Positions 56,969-64,000 of a stretch of DNA of 64,000 nucleotides are shown one piece after another (position 1 is the first letter of the stretch; each line of letters starts with the position of its first letter). The position numbers were made by a program, and so were the translations under genes. Below the pieces are notes generated by a model. It did not search any database and was not told the origin of the DNA. It saw nothing but the letters and a program-made list of their open reading frames with translations. Origin of the DNA: an uncultured bacterium (GTDB lineage: Bacteria; CSSED10-310; CAZUFC01); assembly GCA_964619725.1 (NCBI GenBank), contig CAZUFC010000009.1, forward strand, positions 58,815 to 122,814. The letters run 5' to 3'.

Positions 56969-58693
56969 ATGAGGAATAAAGCAACGGTATTGTTCACATC
57001 GGTGTTTATAACCTTTTGTTGTTCGTGTCTATCGGCGGCGGTTCTTCGGGTGCCGGAGGATTATCCAACGATACAGGCGGCATTGGATGCGGCATCGGAG
57101 GGCGACACGGCGTTACTGGCGGACGGGACTTATACGGGCGAGCAGAACAGGGACCTTGATTTTCGTGGTAAAGCTGTGACATTGACTTCTTCCGTTCGTG
57201 CTGAGAATTGCGTTATCGATTGTGAGAATGTGGGACGAGGTTTTGTTTTTCAATCCGGGGAAGGTCGTGATGCTGTTTTGCAGCGCGTCACGATCCGGAG
57301 CGGTTATGCATCGGGTGATACGGGATGCGGCGGCGGAATTTTCTGTTCCGGCGCTTCACCGACGATAAAGGAATGCATCGTGACCGGCAATACGGCACAT
57401 GATTACGGAGGCGGCATAGATTGCGCCGGTTCGTCTCCCTTCATTTTATCCTGCTCCATAATGAATAATCATGCGAATGAGGGAGCGGGAATCGATTGTC
57501 GCGATTCCTCCAGTCCCGTCATATCGGGCTGCCTGATAACGGGAAACACCGCAGAATCTTTCGGAGGCGGCGTAATCAGTTACTACTTTTCCTCGCCCCT
57601 GATTTCAAATACCGGTTTTAGTGAAAACAGCGCCGGCATCCTGGGCGGGGCCGTTTATATTCATTTTGCTGAAGCTCAAACCTACAATTGCCGTTTTAAT
57701 GGCAATTCTGCAGCTTACGGAGGCGGCATATTCGCCAGAAACGCCTCTTCGACGGAATTCATCGACAATCTTATAGTAAATAACAGCGCGTCGGCGGAAG
57801 GCGCCGGCATAGCGTGCATGAATTCGTCGCCCGATATCATCAACTGCACTATGGCGTTCAATACAGCCGGATCGGGAACAGGCGGGGCTTGTTTGAACAT
57901 GAACGGCTCGGAACCGGAGATATTCAATTGCATCCTGTGGGGAAATCATCCCGACCAGGTGAGCAATGATCAAATATCAGTCCCGGTCGTTCAGTATTCT
58001 ATTGTGGAAGGCGGGTATGAAGGAGAAGGCAATGTAGACGAGAATCCGCTTTTTATACAGGGTCCTTCAGGGGATTACTATCTGAGTCAAACGGCTGCAG
58101 GACAGGCATCCGACAGTCCCGGCGCCGATTCGGGAGACCGACCGGCTCAAGAGATATGCCTGAACGCTGCGTATGGAACGATATGTCTTGATGAAATGAC
58201 GACCCGAACGGATGAAATTAGCGATGCCGGCACAGTTGATATGGGTTTTCATTACAGGCCATCCTCATATATTACACCTACTCCGGCTCCTTCGGATACT
58301 CCAACCGCTTTCCCGACCGTTACGCATACAGCGACGGATCGATTGGGTGTCGACCTCGATCTTTCCAGGTCCGTTTTCAAAACAGGAGACCTCTTCCTGC
58401 TCACAGCCTCCATAATAAACCAAACATCAATCTCCTATCCCCAAATACCTCTCATCATACTCCTGGACATTTATGGAGAATATTACTGGCATCCGGGTTG
58501 GACCCAGGAATTCGACTATATGATCATCGAAAGGGTCGACCCAGGCGCGATGGATATTCCCGTCCTTTATTTCATCTGGCCTGATGAGGAAAATGAGGGG
58601 ACAGGAGCGCGTTTCTATGGGGGACTGCTTTCAGGCAACTTCCTCTACCTGTTGGGTTATTGGGATATCGCTGAATTCGGGTGGACTTACTGA
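56969..58693 (+). CDS. secreted right-handed beta-helix protein (paralogue of 34651-36186) with a different C-terminal domain
   Basis: VPEDYPTIQAAL, NRDLDF.G, GGGI.C repeats, GDYYLS.TAAGQ..DSP; C-terminal LGVDLDLS...LLDIYGEYY...EFGW. Confidence 0.85.
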   Translation: MRNKATVLFTSVFITFCCSCLSAAVLRVPEDYPTIQAALDAASEGDTALLADGTYTGEQNRDLDFRGKAVTLTSSVRAENCVIDCENVGRGFVFQSGEGRDAVLQRVTIRSGYASGDTGCGGGIFCSGASPTIKECIVTGNTAHDYGGGIDCAGSSPFILSCSIMNNHANEGAGIDCRDSSSPVISGCLITGNTAESFGGGVISYYFSSPLISNTGFSENSAGILGGAVYIHFAEAQTYNCRFNGNSAAYGGGIFARNASSTEFIDNLIVNNSASAEGAGIACMNSSPDIINCTMAFNTAGSGTGGACLNMNGSEPEIFNCILWGNHPDQVSNDQISVPVVQYSIVEGGYEGEGNVDENPLFIQGPSGDYYLSQTAAGQASDSPGADSGDRPAQEICLNAAYGTICLDEMTTRTDEISDAGTVDMGFHYRPSSYITPTPAPSDTPTAFPTVTHTATDRLGVDLDLSRSVFKTGDLFLLTASIINQTSISYPQIPLIILLDIYGEYYWHPGWTQEFDYMIIERVDPGAMDIPVLYFIWPDEENEGTGARFYGGLLSGNFLYLLGYWDIAEFGWTY

Positions 58694-58930
58694 TTTGACT
58701 TTTCGCCGGGCTTCAATAACATGAATAATATCGTGAGTGAGAGTTTTCTCACTGACAGAACTCAACAGGGTCGGAAAGTTTTCTTGTGACTTTAAATTTG
58801 ATTAAGAAGATCGCCGTTGAATTTTCGATATTTCTTTTGGTTTTACCGGCCCGGTACGGAATTGATTGTAATTCATCCGTCATTTGAATTGATGGCGGTA
58901 ACATTTTTTTGATTGTTGGGAGGATTGCAG

Positions 58931-61900
58931 ATGAACCGTCATGGTAGATCGCCGTTATTAAAATTGATGGTCAAGGCGTTAAAAATAACGTCAACGACAG
59001 TTATAATGCAATGCGTTATATTCATTGCCGCATTTCAATCTTCTGCCGGCGCCGATTCAAGAAATAAAAGCTGGTGGAATTCCAACTGGTCCTATTATAA
59101 AGCCTGCAATATCAGTAATGCGTGTAATGATGCACAAATGCATATACAGGTCGGATATGACAGCGATTCATCCAGTTATGACGTTCATTGTTGCGGTCAT
59201 TGCAACAGTGATTTTTCGGATATCCGCTTTATAGACGCCGACGGCAGCACGGAGCTTGATTACTGGATTGAAGACAAAACTGACGGAGATAACGCCCTGA
59301 TCTGGGTTGAAACGCCCTCAGACGCTGAATCCGACGATCAGATATTGATGTATTACGGCAATTCCGGCGCGACGAGCGCAAGCGACGGGGAAGAAACCTG
59401 GTGTTTTTTTGATGATTACACATCTGACACCACAGGCGAATTCACGACACACAATTACGGAAATTACAGCAGCGCCTGGATATATGAAAGACCGTCCTGG
59501 ACAGCCGCGAGCAAACGGGTGAGATATTTAACCGAAGTAAAAGATTATAATGCGAACAGCAGTTACGGAAGGGTCATCAGAACCGGAGGCAGCGCCGATT
59601 ACGATACGTATGGAACTGATGTAGTCGGGAAAGCTTTCTTTACTTATTTCAATGCATCATCAGGCACAATCGACGACCAGGTCAGACTGTATTCGGATAC
59701 GACATGTACTGATGCGGCGTGGGGCTACGAAGGTCATTATTATATATCAGATCATTATATCGTTTTGAACGGTTCTGAAAGAAACGTCGACTCCTATATG
59801 AAAGACTTGACGGCTGACTCGGTGATTTTCGATGAAGTCCTGACCGACCCATCGCCTGACCATGATTACGACATCACGGACCAGATGGTGGCTGGGGCTG
59901 CAGGATGGGGAGAGAGTCATACGTTTAGCTGGAACAGCAGCAAGCAAGCTTTGTATGTGCAATCGAAAAGAAACGATCACGGCGGCGGCGACGTCGAAAT
60001 ATACCAGCATTGGTATGCAGAAGGAAAGGCATGCAATCCCGAACCGGACTGGAGCAGTTTCGGCAGCGAGACATCTCCCGGGACTCAGACGCCTTTGCCG
60101 ACAAACACTTTCAGTCCGACATCGACGCCGACGCTGAGTCCGACTTTATCGCCGACATACAGTCCCACAGACACTCCGACCGACACGCCCACAGATACGC
60201 CAACTCTGTCACCGACCGTCACTTTATCGCCGACGCTGAGTCCAACGCTGTCGCCGACCGTAACCTTATCTCCCACTCTCAGTCCAACGTTTTCCCCGAC
60301 CTGGACGCCGACACACACGCCCACATGCTCACCGACGGACACTCCAACAGATACGCCCACTCTGTCGCCCACCGTCACTTTATCCCCCACTTTCACTCCA
60401 ACATCATCACCGACTGACACGCCGACGCTTACTCCCTCTTTCTCCCCGACAGTCACTCTTTCGCCGACCATGAGTCCTACGCTATCCCCCACAGTCACTT
60501 TATCGCCTACCCTCAGTCCTACGCTGTCCCCGACCAGAACGCCGACACGCACGCCAACATACTCGCCGACCGACACTCCAACAGATACGCCCACTCTGTC
60601 GCCCACCGTCACTTTATCGCCGACGATAACCCTGTCGCCGACATCAAGTCCCACTCAAAGCCCCACGCTGACGCCCACGTTATCGCCTACGGACACGCCG
60701 ACGCTTACGCCGACCGTCACAACTACGCCGACCCGGACGCCGACCGTGCCGGCAACGCATACGCCGACGCCGACGGTTATGGGGACGAAAACGCCCACGC
60801 CGACATTCACGGCGACTTCAACGCCGGCGCCGGACATCGTGCTGCGCAGCCAGGACATCCAGTTCGATCCCTCCTATCCTGCGGAAGATGAAATCGTCAC
60901 GCTTTATGCGACGGCGCACAACTGGGGCGATGAGATTTCCCCGGCCTTCACGGTGCGCTTTTACACGGACGACGGTTCCGGTCCGGTGCAATTGGGCGAT
61001 GACAAGATCGTCGATCCCCTGGCGCCGGATGCTTCGGAAACGTTGACCGAAACCTGGACAGCGGCATGCGGAACGGTCATTTCGGTCGAAGCGGACGTTT
61101 ATGATGAAGTTGCTGAAACGAACGAAACCAACAACGACGGTGCGCGTAACGCGCCGATCATATATTGCGTCGATGCCGTAACGATTACCCTTGAACCGGA
61201 AGAAGAGACCGTTTCGGTAGGGGAAGAGACCGAATTCGCGGTTACAATTGAAAACGGGAATCTGGGTCCGGATACCTTCGACCTGACGGTCAACGGTTCA
61301 TTGCCGGAAAGCTGGTATGAACTGGATGAGAATCCGCTCGTTCTGACTGCCGGCGAGACCGGAGAATCGGTATTAACCGTGACGGTCCCCGACGACTGCG
61401 GGGAGATAGGAACTTACCAGTTCCAGATCGAAGCATCGTCGCAACAGATGACTGAAACCTATGATGCGGCCGGACAGATTGAAGCGACCGGATCGGTTGA
61501 CATAAGCATGCGTCATCCCGGTAACGGCGGAAAAACGGGAAGCCGCGACGTCACTTTAAGCTGGCATACGTCGGTGGAATCCGATTCCACGCTTTATTAT
61601 CGCGAATCGGGAGCCGGCGAATGGACTGAAATAATCGTCGGACAGGGGCATACGCAGCATCAGTGCGAACTGGAATATTTAACCCGAAACACGACATATC
61701 AATGGTATGTTGAAATAGATTCTTTGTGCGGTTCCACGACGTCGAGCACGTGGTCTTTCACCGTGGGCAACGGAGTGGTTTTCGATCAGAATTCCTACCT
61801 GTTCACGGTGGAAAGGGATTACGATCAACGGCGGCAGGTTGCGGTTTACAACGAGGACGTTGTGAGTCACGAGGTCGAGCTTCACATCGAGAATCCGAAC

Positions 61901-63907
61901 GAAGACCTGATCGTGAATTTCGTGGGACCGGGAAGCGAGGATGAAACGGTGATAATTCCGGGCGGCGAAACGGTCGACGTGGAACTGGCTATACACGCGC
62001 AGGACGTCCAGGGCGACGAGGAGTCCAAGCCGGTTGAGATATGTTTCGACAATATAGCGTTGACTCTGACCGCTGATGAAGAGGACGATCCCATCACGGA
62101 CAGCGCTCCGGCGACCATATGCGTAACCTGGCCGGACATCAATTTCACTTTGACAGAGGAATACGCTGACCCCGTATCCCTGGTGAAAACGTGCCGGGTA
62201 ACGAATTCAGGCGATCTTCTGACCGATATGACGGTTACGGCAGAAGGCGAACTTTCCGGGCATGCCATATTCGTTCCCAAAGTGGAACATTACAAGATGG
62301 GCAGCGGCGATCATATAGACTTTTACGTTGAACCGTTGTTTCAACCGGGCGATACGACGCTCACGGGCGAGCTGCTGGGCGAAGCGGCCGGCGTCCAGGA
62401 ACTGCTGCCGGTGATTTTCGACTGCGTTCCGCCTCGGGACATTTTCGAGGTCGTGGTGGCCGAACCCGAATTGTGTTACAGCATGGCGGGATGGTTCTGC
62501 ACAAACAGGCCCCGTATATCCATGCATTTCGACGTATCGCTTGAAATGGAGGAAGTTGTCGCCGCAGCCATATACACTCAGTTCAGGCCCCGTTCCGGCG
62601 TACGGCCGCATTATGTGGACCTGCTGATCAACGGTCATCTGATCGGAGAACTGAACGACATCATACCCGACGGAGTGTACGGTTTTGCGTTCGATCCCGC
62701 TTATTTGAACATCTCTCCCGGAGGTACGGCTTCCAACACATTTTCCATCCATACGCAGCACTTCAACGGAGGCCATTATGTAATATCGTCGAGTTCCCTG
62801 GCGGTTTTGACCCTGGAATCGACGACTCTTTACGTCTGCGCCGACGACCAGGAGCAGGCCGACGACATCGCCGAATCGCTGCCTCATTTCTGCGAAGGCT
62901 ATACCTTCGATCTCGATCCCCGCGTGCAGGACGTGGACATATTAAATGCAGACGAGGAGCCGACGAATGTCTTTTATCCCGGAGAAACGGCCAAAATAAG
63001 AGTGAGGGCCGAGAATCCTCATCCTTTCTACAGCTTCAACACGACGTATACGTTGAAAGTCGATACGGACGGCGATACGGGAACGGCCGAATACGACACC
63101 CATTTGACGGACGAAGACTGGATCACGACGCTGGAGCACAACGCAGACGTGTATCATACCTGGGACTGGACCGTCCCGGAAGGCGCTCCCCATATCCGGG
63201 TGACCGTGGAAGCCCATGAAACGGCTGATTACGCGAACTGCTGGGATTGCCCGGACTACGACTGGAGCTTTCACGTGGGAGGCGGCATCACGGGTTACGT
63301 CAGAGAAGCGAACAACCTGTCGCCTATCGAGGGAGCCACGGTGACGGCTTCCGGCGGTTATTCCGATCCCGACGGCACAGACTCCAGCGGATATTACGAA
63401 ATTCTGCGCATACCCAACGACGTTTATAACGTGACGGCCGGGGCCCAGGGATTCGTTCCTCAGACATTGCACGATCTGAACGTCCAGAGCGAAATACTGG
63501 TCAACCGGGATTTCGAGCTCCTTACTCCCACAGCCACATGCACTCCAACCATTACGAACACGCCGACCATCACCAATACGCCGACGCTATCGCCCACGCC
63601 TACACTTTCGCCCACTCAAACAGCAACCTCCACTCCCACCCTGTCAGCTACGCCGACAATATCCCCCACTCAAACATCTTCGCCCACAATGACCCCGACC
63701 ATATCACCTACCAACACTTCCACTCCAACACACACTGCAACCGATACTCCTACTGAAACTCCCGTTTCTCCCTCTCCGACCGTTTCACCTACGCAGACCC
63801 CAGCCCCTGTGCCGGCATCAGGCCCCGCGACTCTCAGCATAATGCTGCTTCTTATGGGCGCTGCCATGACCTGGCGGTTCCGCTCAAAAACAGGGTATAA
63901 AAAGTAA
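58931..63907 (+). CDS. large surface protein: DUF2341, S/T/P-rich stalk, CARDB/Ig-like, FN3-like, carboxypeptidase-regulatory-like domain, C-terminal sorting/TM tail
   Basis: [15 protein letters not shown]...LDYWIE...[21 protein letters not shown]; tail [27 protein letters not shown]. Start uncertain (58913/58931/58966). Confidence 0.82.
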   Translation: MNRHGRSPLLKLMVKALKITSTTVIMQCVIFIAAFQSSAGADSRNKSWWNSNWSYYKACNISNACNDAQMHIQVGYDSDSSSYDVHCCGHCNSDFSDIRFIDADGSTELDYWIEDKTDGDNALIWVETPSDAESDDQILMYYGNSGATSASDGEETWCFFDDYTSDTTGEFTTHNYGNYSSAWIYERPSWTAASKRVRYLTEVKDYNANSSYGRVIRTGGSADYDTYGTDVVGKAFFTYFNASSGTIDDQVRLYSDTTCTDAAWGYEGHYYISDHYIVLNGSERNVDSYMKDLTADSVIFDEVLTDPSPDHDYDITDQMVAGAAGWGESHTFSWNSSKQALYVQSKRNDHGGGDVEIYQHWYAEGKACNPEPDWSSFGSETSPGTQTPLPTNTFSPTSTPTLSPTLSPTYSPTDTPTDTPTDTPTLSPTVTLSPTLSPTLSPTVTLSPTLSPTFSPTWTPTHTPTCSPTDTPTDTPTLSPTVTLSPTFTPTSSPTDTPTLTPSFSPTVTLSPTMSPTLSPTVTLSPTLSPTLSPTRTPTRTPTYSPTDTPTDTPTLSPTVTLSPTITLSPTSSPTQSPTLTPTLSPTDTPTLTPTVTTTPTRTPTVPATHTPTPTVMGTKTPTPTFTATSTPAPDIVLRSQDIQFDPSYPAEDEIVTLYATAHNWGDEISPAFTVRFYTDDGSGPVQLGDDKIVDPLAPDASETLTETWTAACGTVISVEADVYDEVAETNETNNDGARNAPIIYCVDAVTITLEPEEETVSVGEETEFAVTIENGNLGPDTFDLTVNGSLPESWYELDENPLVLTAGETGESVLTVTVPDDCGEIGTYQFQIEASSQQMTETYDAAGQIEATGSVDISMRHPGNGGKTGSRDVTLSWHTSVESDSTLYYRESGAGEWTEIIVGQGHTQHQCELEYLTRNTTYQWYVEIDSLCGSTTSSTWSFTVGNGVVFDQNSYLFTVERDYDQRRQVAVYNEDVVSHEVELHIENPNEDLIVNFVGPGSEDETVIIPGGETVDVELAIHAQDVQGDEESKPVEICFDNIALTLTADEEDDPITDSAPATICVTWPDINFTLTEEYADPVSLVKTCRVTNSGDLLTDMTVTAEGELSGHAIFVPKVEHYKMGSGDHIDFYVEPLFQPGDTTLTGELLGEAAGVQELLPVIFDCVPPRDIFEVVVAEPELCYSMAGWFCTNRPRISMHFDVSLEMEEVVAAAIYTQFRPRSGVRPHYVDLLINGHLIGELNDIIPDGVYGFAFDPAYLNISPGGTASNTFSIHTQHFNGGHYVISSSSLAVLTLESTTLYVCADDQEQADDIAESLPHFCEGYTFDLDPRVQDVDILNADEEPTNVFYPGETAKIRVRAENPHPFYSFNTTYTLKVDTDGDTGTAEYDTHLTDEDWITTLEHNADVYHTWDWTVPEGAPHIRVTVEAHETADYANCWDCPDYDWSFHVGGGITGYVREANNLSPIEGATVTASGGYSDPDGTDSSGYYEILRIPNDVYNVTAGAQGFVPQTLHDLNVQSEILVNRDFELLTPTATCTPTITNTPTITNTPTLSPTPTLSPTQTATSTPTLSATPTISPTQTSSPTMTPTISPTNTSTPTHTATDTPTETPVSPSPTVSPTQTPAPVPASGPATLSIMLLLMGAAMTWRFRSKTGYKK
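60070..60832 (+). repeat. coding low-complexity (SPT/TPT)n tetrapeptide-type repeats
   Basis: ~250 aa of TLSP/TPTD/SPTV units with varied synonymous codons; a second tract lies at ~63520-63810. Confidence 0.9.
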
Positions 63908-64000
63908 AACCGGAACTGATCAAAACGAGGGTCAGAAGGTGAAACATTACAACCCTGAATGGTGATTGAATAATTATGCAGGGCATAATCCTGTATATCG

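Noticed and set aside
60085-60858. Minus-strand V/G-rich ORFs
   Set aside because: Antisense shadows of the S/T/P repeat coding region.
1-64000. tRNA/rRNA genes, integrase, transposase or prophage genes
   Set aside because: None recognised, so island boundaries and att sites cannot be defined from this window.

Overview
Bacterial genomic window with four main blocks. (1) 1-9.3 kb: envelope/glycan genes (GT4, wzt/wzm ABC exporter, DUF2298-NHL membrane protein, sulfotransferase, CDF transporter). (2) 10-34.5 kb: a defence island. It opens with a multi-GAF two-component cluster ending in a REC-nucleoside-deoxyribosyltransferase-like effector and a P-loop-degenerate ParA-TPR protein. This is followed by a non-canonical BREX operon (brxA-like, brxF/B-like, PglXI-like MTase, nested AAA_21+DUF4276 pair, brxC, pglZ, brxL). 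(3) 38-50 kb: toxin-antitoxin modules and a complete diversity-generating retroelement. The DGR has TR 46792-46926, an RT, Avd, and an extra HTH/four-helix-bundle gene. It has two convergent NLR-like targets ending in FGE/C-type-lectin domains, whose variable regions differ from TR almost only at adenines. A GACA-box array with identical spacing lies downstream of both VRs. (4) 50-64 kb: Ser/Thr kinase-PEGA, TPR-PEGA-FN3, ArsR and large S/T/P-rich secreted proteins. A ~150-210 bp intergenic repeat family occurs several times. All family assignments come from motif recognition by eye; no searches were run.
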